Below are positions 8,200 through 15,829 of a stretch of DNA of 20,000 nucleotides, in pieces. The stretch covers positions 45,616-65,615 of the forward strand of contig JBDRRP010000069.1 of NCBI GenBank assembly GCA_043825735.1, read 5' to 3'. Source of the stretch: Pseudomonadota bacterium (GTDB lineage Bacteria > Desulfobacterota > Desulfobacteria > Desulfobacterales > JBDRRP01). The translations under genes were made by a program, and so were the position numbers. How positions within the stretch are numbered: position 1 is the stretch's first letter; each line of letters starts with the position of its first letter. The notes beneath the pieces are model-generated. The model did no database searches. It was not told where the DNA came from and saw only the letters and a list, made by a program, of their open reading frames with translations.

Positions 8200-8721
8200 A
8201 TGGATCGACAAGAAATTGAGAGACGCGCTAGAGACATTCTGCGAGATCATGGCTTATTACAGCTACCCATTGACCCATTGAAAGTTGCACATGCACTTGA
8301 GGTCAGAGTCCATAACGCGAAATTTTCCGAGGAAGACAAATCGGGTGTTGTAACAAAGAGGGAAGGGAACATCATAATATATCTTGATTATGATGACTCA
8401 CCTGCAAGAAAACGGTTCACAATCGCACATGAAATTGGCCACCTAGTACTGCACATGCAGGCAGCAGATGACTACGAGATCATTGATACTGAAGACAATT
8501 TTAGAAGTATCCCTAATTCCGATGGTAAATGGTCGAAAGAAAGAAAGATGGAATGGGAAGCAAACACCTTCGCCGCAGCCCTCCTAATGGACGAAGAGCT
8601 CGTCAGATCCGAATGGGAACACACAAAAGATCTTGGATTGCTCGCATGGAAATTCCAAGTTTCTGAAAGTGCGATGGCGATAAGACTTTCGTCATTGAAT
8701 TTGACCAATGAGTTCATTTAG
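8200..8721 (+). CDS. ImmA/IrrE family Zn metallopeptidase (173 aa), no HTH domain
   Basis: LPIDPLKVA...RKRFTIAHEIGH (HExxH)...EWEANTFAAALLM...LAWKFQVS; ATG at 8200 preferred over 8143. Confidence 0.93.
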   Translation: MDRQEIERRARDILRDHGLLQLPIDPLKVAHALEVRVHNAKFSEEDKSGVVTKREGNIIIYLDYDDSPARKRFTIAHEIGHLVLHMQAADDYEIIDTEDNFRSIPNSDGKWSKERKMEWEANTFAAALLMDEELVRSEWEHTKDLGLLAWKFQVSESAMAIRLSSLNLTNEFI

Positions 8722-8732
8722 GTAGCTGCAAA

Positions 8733-9128
8733 ATGATAGATAATATACCAGAAATCATTTCGGAGGTATTTAGCGAAGTACAAGAAGGATACTGGAGGCC
8801 TCAGACGTTTGAGGAATGGAAGCAAGTTCAAGTTTCAAATGCAATTATATCAGCTTGGAAAGAACAACAAAATTCGGAAAGACAACTGAGAAGGCGTGTT
8901 GCAAATTGGATATTTAGCCTCATTTCATGCCAGATCGCTGCAGTGTTTATGACGTTATTTCTAATAGGTTTCGGTATAATATCTCTTACAGAATCGATGA
9001 TAAAGGTACTGCTACCAAGTGTTATTGCGGAAATTTTTGGGATGGGTTTTATCGTTGTAAAATACCTTTTCAATAATTCTGGTCATAATATTGATAAGTT
9101 AATAGAAAAACTTAGGGGACCCCAGTGA
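8733..9128 (+). CDS. Two-transmembrane hypothetical protein
   Basis: Charged N-terminal helix, then hydrophobic segments WIFSLISCQIAAVFMTLFLIGFGII and VLLPSVIAEIFGMGFIVVKYLF; starts 11 nt after the peptidase stop. Confidence 0.8.
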   Translation: MIDNIPEIISEVFSEVQEGYWRPQTFEEWKQVQVSNAIISAWKEQQNSERQLRRRVANWIFSLISCQIAAVFMTLFLIGFGIISLTESMIKVLLPSVIAEIFGMGFIVVKYLFNNSGHNIDKLIEKLRGPQ

Positions 9129-9973
9129 ATATTGACTTAAGGGAAGCATTAAACACAATTTCTGATGTTGTCCAAAATAGGCCTGCCCCCATAAGAGAAT
9201 TCGATCAGATCTACATGAAGGTCGGAGATATGGTGATACAATCAGAATATATAGCCCGTGTTTTTAATGGTTATGAGGTAGTATTTATTGGTGATGGAGA
9301 TGCAATTAGTTCATGTGTAATGCATTTGAAAGAACAAAACATAATTGATTATGGTCCTTCTTCCATTCACGTATTAGATTTCGACCAGAGAATCGTAAAC
9401 TCGGTAAATAAATTCGCTAGTGAAAATAAATTGATAAATGAATTATCCGCTGAGCTTTATAATGTTGCAGACCCATTGCCAATTTCTCTAAGGCTTTCAA
9501 AGAATGCATTTTATACAAACCCACCTTGGGGCGCGAGCAATGAAGGAGAAAGCGTAGCGGCTTTTGTACAAAGAGGAATTGAGGCGATTAAGGAAGGTGG
9601 GTATGGAGCTATCGTTATCGCTGATGATCCTGTACTTCAATGGACACATGAAGTTCTGCATAATACTCAAAAATTAGTAATCGATAGCGGTTTTGTAATA
9701 AATGAAATGATACCCGGTCTTCATAGTTACCATCTAGATGACGCTCCTGATTTGAAGTCATGCACTTTAATGATTAGGCAGATCAAACGTGTTGAATCGT
9801 GCAGACCAAATGTAAAATTATGTAACCATAAACTAAATAATTTTTATGGTAAAAACAGCCCTTTGATTTATAGATATATTAAAGATTTAACTGGGTTAAA
9901 CTACGGGAAAGCGCATGATGGATCATATAAACTTGAACCGTTGGAGATAGATAATGACATTCATCAAGCCTGA
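9125..9973 (+). CDS. BpsA/DUF43-like (bis-aminopropyl spermidine synthase family) SAM-dependent transferase
   Basis: RPAPIREFDQ, VFIGDGDAIS, VLDFDQRI, YNVADPLP, FYTNPPW and FVQRGIEAI follow the BpsA_C motif order; GTGA overlap with the upstream gene. Confidence 0.8.
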   Translation: MNIDLREALNTISDVVQNRPAPIREFDQIYMKVGDMVIQSEYIARVFNGYEVVFIGDGDAISSCVMHLKEQNIIDYGPSSIHVLDFDQRIVNSVNKFASENKLINELSAELYNVADPLPISLRLSKNAFYTNPPWGASNEGESVAAFVQRGIEAIKEGGYGAIVIADDPVLQWTHEVLHNTQKLVIDSGFVINEMIPGLHSYHLDDAPDLKSCTLMIRQIKRVESCRPNVKLCNHKLNNFYGKNSPLIYRYIKDLTGLNYGKAHDGSYKLEPLEIDNDIHQA

Positions 9974-10523
9974 TTCTGGATTGATTTTTATGAAAGTTGG
10001 CGTTCATGATGGCGAACCTTTTGAAGAAATACTTAAGAGGAAAAGGCAAGAAATAGAAAAGGCAGGTGTCAGTTTTTGGGGGTATGGTGGTGGAACCTGT
10101 CATCCAACACACCAAGTGCAACCATTTGCAAAGCTAAAAATTGAGGAAGGCTCGAATATCTACCTAATAATGGAAGAAATACATTCAAACCATCAAGCGA
10201 CCAGCAAAGTTGCATCCCATTACTCACGCAATGGTATTGATTGGGAGCCAATACCTGATGGCATTGAAGTTAGGGGATCTCGTTACGCAATTGTTCTTGA
10301 TGAGATACAAGATGGTGATCTTGATATTGATTTAAATTCATACACAGTTGGGTATGGAAAAAGTAGGGGAAAAATTGCAGCAGATTACATAAAGGGAAGG
10401 GTTGACAAGGCATGCATTGAAAGAATGGGCGCGCAAGCTTCTATTAAGCCAATACCCAAGAGTCTAAGAAAAGCCACACACTTTGGCCAAATCGTCGATC
10501 CATATGCCGTATTCGTTAAATGA
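9954..10523 (+). CDS. Hypothetical protein A (KxG...EEILKRK...FWGYG motif)
   Basis: 189-aa ORF with GGAG SD, overlapping the upstream gene by 20 nt; shares its N-terminal motif with the next gene. Confidence 0.8.
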   Translation: MTFIKPDSGLIFMKVGVHDGEPFEEILKRKRQEIEKAGVSFWGYGGGTCHPTHQVQPFAKLKIEEGSNIYLIMEEIHSNHQATSKVASHYSRNGIDWEPIPDGIEVRGSRYAIVLDEIQDGDLDIDLNSYTVGYGKSRGKIAADYIKGRVDKACIERMGAQASIKPIPKSLRKATHFGQIVDPYAVFVK

Positions 10524-10545
10524 TAGAAGGACATCGATTAATATT

Positions 10546-11292
10546 ATGTTGAAGTTACCTAATGCTTTTTGCTGGACAAAAATGGGCGCTGAATCCGGAC
10601 AATCGCTTGAAATTATCCTTAAGCGTAAAGATCTTGAACGAAAATCGAATGATGGCATATTTATTTGGGGAATAGGGAATGCATTAGGGGATGCCGTATG
10701 GAAATTTGTAGGTGACGTTAAGGATCCGATAGTGCTTTTTTCCAAAATTAAAAGCAATCCAAAACGTATTGATGTTCAACCATCTAAGGTTTTTTTATGG
10801 GAATCGTACATCGATAGGCAGAACAATATTCATGAGATTCCAAAAACTGCATTAGTGTTGAGCAGGGCTAACAGCGATAAAGTTCTAAAGAAGAAACATT
10901 ATGCCTTGATTTGCAAGCGTGATAATCCGATACGCCGCGAACAATGGGAAAGTCTTTTATTTGATAATCTCAAGAACTATGATAGTCATAAAAGCAAACT
11001 TGGTTATTCGCAAGTAACTGCAATTGTAAAAACGAACGGCAATCCTAATCTCAGCGATCGAAAATATGATATCGAGTTTTCAGCCTCTTTAGCAGATCCA
11101 TATTTTGTTAAGCTAATGAATCCCCTTGATGTACCACTACCAAAACTCGATGCACTTAATAAGACTGTTCAAAATGGTTCTCTAACGCTATACGAATGGA
11201 AAGAATTGGCTTCAAATTTCCATGTTGATATTGAGGATCATAATAACTATCCTAAGGTCCCTAAGCAGATGACCTTTTCAGAAATCGACTAA
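10546..11292 (+). CDS. Hypothetical protein B (KxG...EIILKRK...IWGIG motif), 248 aa
   Basis: ATG at 10546 lies just after the upstream stop, and the motif shared with protein A begins within its first residues. Confidence 0.8.
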   Translation: MLKLPNAFCWTKMGAESGQSLEIILKRKDLERKSNDGIFIWGIGNALGDAVWKFVGDVKDPIVLFSKIKSNPKRIDVQPSKVFLWESYIDRQNNIHEIPKTALVLSRANSDKVLKKKHYALICKRDNPIRREQWESLLFDNLKNYDSHKSKLGYSQVTAIVKTNGNPNLSDRKYDIEFSASLADPYFVKLMNPLDVPLPKLDALNKTVQNGSLTLYEWKELASNFHVDIEDHNNYPKVPKQMTFSEID

Positions 11293-11551
11293 TTTACGTA
11301 TCTGAATTATATCAAATATCAATATGCTTAAAAATTGATTTTATTCAGTGTTTTCCGCCTGGTATAAAATGTGGAGTCCTTACCTTAATAGGTAATATCG
11401 ATGATATCAGTATTTTGAGTTTAACTTTTGGTCGGCATAACATTTGATATGGGATATTGTCAAATCATACGATAAGTGGTTACAAGCCAAGTTAGACATT
11501 ACACAGAATGGTAACTGCTCTCTATGGTTTTGCCATAAAATGGGGGATTGA

Positions 11552-12163
11552 ATGAACTCATATCGTCCATATCAAGTTGTTTATCTCACTGGCGCGCCAG
11601 CAACTGGAAAAAGTACACTAACAGCAAATCTTTTAGATTTCCTAAGCCCTCTGAAAATTTTTGCTTATAGCAAAGTATTAGCAGATTTCATCAGCCAACG
11701 CATTGCATTTCAAGTATCAGAGGATAATCTCCGTGAACAATCCGCACAAATAATCACTGCTGATGATATCAAAGTGATCGATAATAGGCTTCTTGAATTT
11801 ATAAAAAAAGAGAGGTTAAAATCACATATCATTATTGACTCACACGCTGTAACTAAGGAAAGCTATGGATTTCGCGTGACTCCTTTTTCAATGCAGATTC
11901 TAAGTGAAATTAATCCTACACTAATTATTGTTTTATATACCGAAGGATCTGTAGCCATAGACCGTATCAAGTCTAATAATCAAGGTAGACCACTTGTCTC
12001 ACTATTTGAAGCAGACTTCCACACCAATTTGCAATCATCTGTTGCTTTATTATACGCCACCAATCTTGGCATTCCAATCTATTTTTTTGACAGCAATAAA
12101 CCGGCTCAGGTCCTTGTTCAAGAAATATTGGCGGCTTGTGGATGTAACAAGGCTGCTCATTGA
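11552..12163 (+). CDS. P-loop nucleotide kinase resembling archaeal adenylate kinase (AdkA)
   Basis: YLTGAPATGKST Walker A; IIDSHAV, followed by YGF...ILSEINPTLIIVL...DRI...H...ALLYA, collinear with archaeal AdkA as I recall it; GGGGA SD. Confidence 0.8.
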   Translation: MNSYRPYQVVYLTGAPATGKSTLTANLLDFLSPLKIFAYSKVLADFISQRIAFQVSEDNLREQSAQIITADDIKVIDNRLLEFIKKERLKSHIIIDSHAVTKESYGFRVTPFSMQILSEINPTLIIVLYTEGSVAIDRIKSNNQGRPLVSLFEADFHTNLQSSVALLYATNLGIPIYFFDSNKPAQVLVQEILAACGCNKAAH

Positions 12164-12725
12164 CATAAGAAAAACAGGCCCTGAATACTACCGATAGTGT
12201 CCATTTGATCCGCCAAATGCCTTTCTAAGCAAATACCCGTAACATGGCCCATGCAAACAGACATTTCATACATAGGTACTATCCTGGCCTATGCCGTAGC
12301 CCGAGTTGTCTTTAAAGAACCCCTGCAGGCTTGAATCGAGATGGATTGGACTATCGTATGACAGTAACCTATACCAATCCAATCCTTAACTTCTCAATAC
12401 CGCCTTTCGAAATTCATCCCACAGAAATGATGCTTTAAGATCTGGCCTGACTCCCAGCGGACAACGTCTATCATTGCGCGAGGCGCCAATTCCGGGCTCT
12501 CGCGGAATGACTTTCTCATTCCCACGGTTTTCATCGATCTGGATATACAGGCAGGGGGAATAAACGAAAGAGTTTCATCCATTCAATCGTCATGAGCGTC
12601 ATCCTTTATCCATCTCACTGAAACAACACACCTTTTCCAATGACGCTCCCCTTGACGATGCCATGACGCCCCGCCTCCAAGGGTAGGCCCCGGCAGCGTC
12701 ACACCACCGGGGCTCCCTGCAACAC

Positions 12726-13556
12726 CTACCAGTCCTTGCAAGCATCCGCGAACTGACAATCCCCACACATCCAGCCCTTACTCGGCATGAATATCCTGGC
12801 CTCGATACCTGCCAGCACGGCAGCCATGACCCTGGCGAACCGCCGCCGCTGTTCCGCCGTCCGGATCGTATAGTGCTGCTCGAACTTGGGTGTCTTCAGC
12901 TTCCGAAGCACATCGAACCGGCAGTACACATCCGCTGTGGGAAATACGTACCGGTTGGCGGCCAGAAGATACGCATACGAGGTCAGTTGAAGATCCTCAT
13001 CCACGGTGTTCTGAGCATAAGGGTTCTTGGCCGTCTTGTTGTCCACGGCGATGACATTTCCGGCGGCGTCCTTCAGCAAAAGGTCGATGATGCCGGTGAC
13101 CGCCATGTCGAGGGGCTCACCATCCACCGAATAAAGCCGTGCCATCAGCGGCAGCTCAACGCCGATCACCGTGAAGCCAGTCATGTCGATGCCGTAATAG
13201 AACGCCTCCAGCATCTTTCTGCCCATGTCGATGGTGCCATCCAGATCCGGGGTCTGCTGTTTGTAAATGATGGGCACGTCCACCCGATTCAAATCGACGG
13301 TCAGCACCTCGGTGAAAACGTCCTGCAGCTGCCACAGCGGATCAGGCGCTCCGTTGTCCATCAAGCCCCGGTGATACCGCTCGATGGCCGTATGGATGGC
13401 TGAACCAAATGGTAGCGCGATGCTGATTCTTTCCGCCGACCGCTGCTCGACGTACTGGAACTGGTATTTGAGCGGGCAGGCCAGATAGGTGAAAACCTGG
13501 CTGTAGCTGACGTGAAGCTCGGATTGAAAATCGGCCAGTGCTTGCTTTCTGTTCAT
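12726..13556 (-). CDS. PD-(D/E)XK RecB/AddB/Cas4-like exonuclease with probable Fe-S cluster
   Basis: SYSQ...CP, GSAIH, VELPL, GIIDLL, VDNKT, QLTSY and C-terminal CGDCQFADAC (1+3 Cys). Confidence 0.9.
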   Translation of the reverse strand: MNRKQALADFQSELHVSYSQVFTYLACPLKYQFQYVEQRSAERISIALPFGSAIHTAIERYHRGLMDNGAPDPLWQLQDVFTEVLTVDLNRVDVPIIYKQQTPDLDGTIDMGRKMLEAFYYGIDMTGFTVIGVELPLMARLYSVDGEPLDMAVTGIIDLLLKDAAGNVIAVDNKTAKNPYAQNTVDEDLQLTSYAYLLAANRYVFPTADVYCRFDVLRKLKTPKFEQHYTIRTAEQRRRFARVMAAVLAGIEARIFMPSKGWMCGDCQFADACKDW

Positions 13557-13584
13557 GATGGTCTCCTTTTCTGAGGCAATGAAA

Positions 13585-13612
13585 AGGGGAAGGCCTTTTG
13601 GGGCCCTCCCCT
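13585..13612 (-). terminator. Terminator-like hairpin between the SSAP-like and nuclease genes
   Basis: Minus strand AGGGGAGGGCC-loop-GGCCTTCCCCT followed by TTTCATT. Confidence 0.7.
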
Positions 13613-13625
13613 GGGATGGATGGGA

Positions 13626-14612
13626 TTACCGGTTTTGCAGGTAATCGATGAGGCAGGAGGCGTCGGCCCGGGTGATGTGATCCACCACGGAGCCATAGGT
13701 CTGAACGCAGTGCTCGTTGAGGTCCTTTTTGGTCATGCCGGCCGTCTGCATCAGACTCATAATGTACTTGTACTGCTTGCCGGTGATGCGGTTGCCGCCA
13801 TTGGATTGACCATTTGCAGGAGGCTGATTGGATCGGCCGCTGGCCTCGCGCTTCTGCTGGCCATTGGTGGCATTCTTGTGAGAACCGCCGTTTTCGCCGG
13901 CGCGCGAATTATTTTCATCTTCCTGCTGATGATTATTCGCCCCCGGCTGAGACGCCCGGGTATCCGGCTGCACCTGCTGCCGCGTCTGCCCCGGCATATC
14001 CTCCAGGTCCTGGGTGAACAGCTCAGAGAGGCCGGCAACACGAAGGGTCGCATCGATGTGTGCGGATTTCTCGGCCATTTTTAGGCTCTTGTTGATGTCC
14101 CCGCTGTCCTGGGCGATACGCCTTGCCCCGGTGCCCTCGGCCGCCACGAAACCGCTACCCGTGTGCAGTTCACACTTGAGAAGGATGACCTTCAGATCCT
14201 CCCCGCGAAGGGCGGCGCTTTCGTATTCTTTGAGGTTCGGAAACCTCGGAATCAGACCCAGCATGCCGCAGATTTTCTCGGCGCCGGGCTTCCACAAAGA
14301 TGGTTTGCTCCAGTGCCTGGGGTTGATGCACTCGTGAGCTTTCCCCTCGCTGGCCAGCCGGCACTTGTCCTTTCCGACCACGTGGATCTGGCCATAATCG
14401 ATACCGAGCTGGAGGTTTGATTGAATCCACCGGAGCAGGGCTTTCCTGTTGTCTTCACGGCGCTCCAGGGCCTCTGAGAAGCGCTCCACGGGCATATCGA
14501 GCGGCGCCGCGGGGATGAGGCCGGGCACGGTAATTCGCCGCTCCTGCAAGGTCTCAGGCGGAAGTACTTCTGCATTGTTGATGTGTCTGGTCTCTTGTCT
14601 TTCGTGGCTCAT
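13626..14612 (-). CDS. Putative phage-type single-strand annealing/recombination protein
   Basis: KPSLWKPGAEKI and NKSLKMAEKSAHIDA...FTQDLEDM core, Q/N/G-rich linker, small C-terminal domain (ITGKQ...ITRADASCLID); directly upstream of an exonuclease. Function is inferred from architecture and context. Confidence 0.6.
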   Translation of the reverse strand: MSHERQETRHINNAEVLPPETLQERRITVPGLIPAAPLDMPVERFSEALERREDNRKALLRWIQSNLQLGIDYGQIHVVGKDKCRLASEGKAHECINPRHWSKPSLWKPGAEKICGMLGLIPRFPNLKEYESAALRGEDLKVILLKCELHTGSGFVAAEGTGARRIAQDSGDINKSLKMAEKSAHIDATLRVAGLSELFTQDLEDMPGQTRQQVQPDTRASQPGANNHQQEDENNSRAGENGGSHKNATNGQQKREASGRSNQPPANGQSNGGNRITGKQYKYIMSLMQTAGMTKKDLNEHCVQTYGSVVDHITRADASCLIDYLQNR

Positions 14613-14655
14613 GATGTCTTCTCCTTTTGCAATTGATGGGGTTCAAAAACACGAA

Positions 14656-14687
14656 AAGCCCGGCAAGCACTCAGGCACACCGGGCTT
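14656..14687 (-). terminator. Terminator-like hairpin upstream of the SSAP-like gene
   Basis: Minus strand AAGCCCGGTGTGC-loop-GCTTGCCGGGCTT followed by TTCGTGTTTTT. Confidence 0.7.
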
Positions 14688-14715
14688 CTCTTTTGGGGTG
14701 GATGTTGTAGGGCGA

Positions 14716-14925
14716 TTACCGCCAGTAAAGGCCGGTATCCAGGTCCAACTGGGCCTCCTCGCGGCTGCGGTAATACCCGCTCTCACGGCTGTAGGGGCCG
14801 CAGTTCGGGCAGAAAAAGCCGACGTAATAGCCGGCCGCGCTGCGATGGACACCGATATGAAGCTCGGCGCGGCATTCACAGCAATTGGTGACGACGTCGT
14901 TCACGCATTCACCGGGCAGGGTCAT
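14716..14925 (-). CDS. Small Cys-rich (probable Zn-ribbon) hypothetical protein (69 aa)
   Basis: ATG 8 nt after GGAGG; CCEC...SAAGYYVGFFCPNCGPYSRESGYY. Confidence 0.75.
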   Translation of the reverse strand: MTLPGECVNDVVTNCCECRAELHIGVHRSAAGYYVGFFCPNCGPYSRESGYYRSREEAQLDLDTGLYWR

Positions 14926-14962
14926 GTGGATCACCTCCTTTCTGATGATGAGTTTGCTGGGG

Positions 14963-15244
14963 CTATTTCCGGCAGGTCAGCCGGTAATGCTGGTAGGACA
15001 GGTGCTCGTGGCACTGTTCGGAGGAAGTCGAGATCTCCGTCCGCCATCCGAGGCGCGCCATGATGTCTTTGAGCCGGAAAATGGCCTCCTCGAAATGGTC
15101 ATGGCCGTTGATCCGGCGGGGATTGATGACCAGATCCGGCTTGCTGATGTTTCGCCACCGACTGCCCTCGCAGATGCGGGGGATGTTCCATGTGGTATGG
15201 TTGATGGCGATTGCGACGGTCTGGGCGAACTCAACGGTCTTCAT
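14963..15244 (-). CDS. Hypothetical protein (93 aa)
   Basis: ATG at 15244 follows AAAGGAGGTGA, whose TGA is the upstream stop; MKTVEFAQTVAIAINHTTW... Confidence 0.7.
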   Translation of the reverse strand: MKTVEFAQTVAIAINHTTWNIPRICEGSRWRNISKPDLVINPRRINGHDHFEEAIFRLKDIMARLGWRTEISTSSEQCHEHLSYQHYRLTCRK

Positions 15245-15252
15245 CGGGTAGG

Positions 15253-15468
15253 TCACCTCCTTTCGGGTGTGCATGGGTTTTCGCTGAAGGGGCAGTTGCA
15301 GCACTTGGACGGGTCCCGGCAGGCCTTGCAGACCAGTTGCCGGTCCAGGATCTGGGGCAGGTATTCGAAGACCCTTTCGATGGTCTGGGTCATCGGCAGG
15401 CCCAGAGCCCACGAGATCCGTCTCAAGGTGCTGGATGATTTCATCGAGAGTTCAGGGGTGTAGGCCAT
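15253..15468 (-). CDS. Small protein, possible ribbon-helix-helix plus Cys cluster (71 aa)
   Basis: ATG at 15468 follows AAAGGAGGTGATCC; MAYTPELS...TLRRISWALGLPMTQTIE...VCKACRDPSKCCNCPF. Confidence 0.7.
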   Translation of the reverse strand: MAYTPELSMKSSSTLRRISWALGLPMTQTIERVFEYLPQILDRQLVCKACRDPSKCCNCPFSENPCTPERR

Positions 15469-15502
15469 CGGTGGATCACCTCCTTTCTCGTGAACGCAAA
15501 AA

Positions 15503-15531
15503 GGGCGACCTGTCACAAAGACAGACCGCCC
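15503..15531 (-). terminator. Terminator-like hairpin upstream of the 15468 gene
   Basis: Minus strand GGGCGGTCTGTC-TTTGT-GACAGGTCGCCC followed by TTTTT. Confidence 0.75.
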
Positions 15532-15829
15532 CTCTTGGGTTGGTATTGTTGGATTTGTTGGGTGCTACGGCCTACGGAACTACGTCAAACAGGGCATCGA
15601 TGCCGGGCTATGGGGAATAGCCGAGTGGGTGGGAATACTGCATGATACGGGTGGTATTTTCACTTTCGCAAAAACCGCACTTGACACTATTTTTGGCCAT
15701 AAATGCTTTAAGCTGCCGTAATGCTTATAGAATACGCGTTTTCCCGTACCTTTTCCCCCTTTAAATAACCGCAGGGTAGGTCCGTCAAGTGCGCTGGTCG
15801 TGATAACCAGTGATGCACTGGAGAGATGA

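Noticed and set aside
14928..15487. GGATCACCTCCTTT resembling the 16S rRNA 3' end
   Set aside because: No flanking rRNA sequence; these are reverse complements of strong SD sites ahead of minus-strand ORFs.
15681..15710. Fourth copy of the cargo promoter motif (TTGACA at 15681; also minus-strand TTGACA at 1012-1017)
   Set aside because: Both lack GARAYT at 17-nt spacing, and no plus-strand cargo follows 15681.
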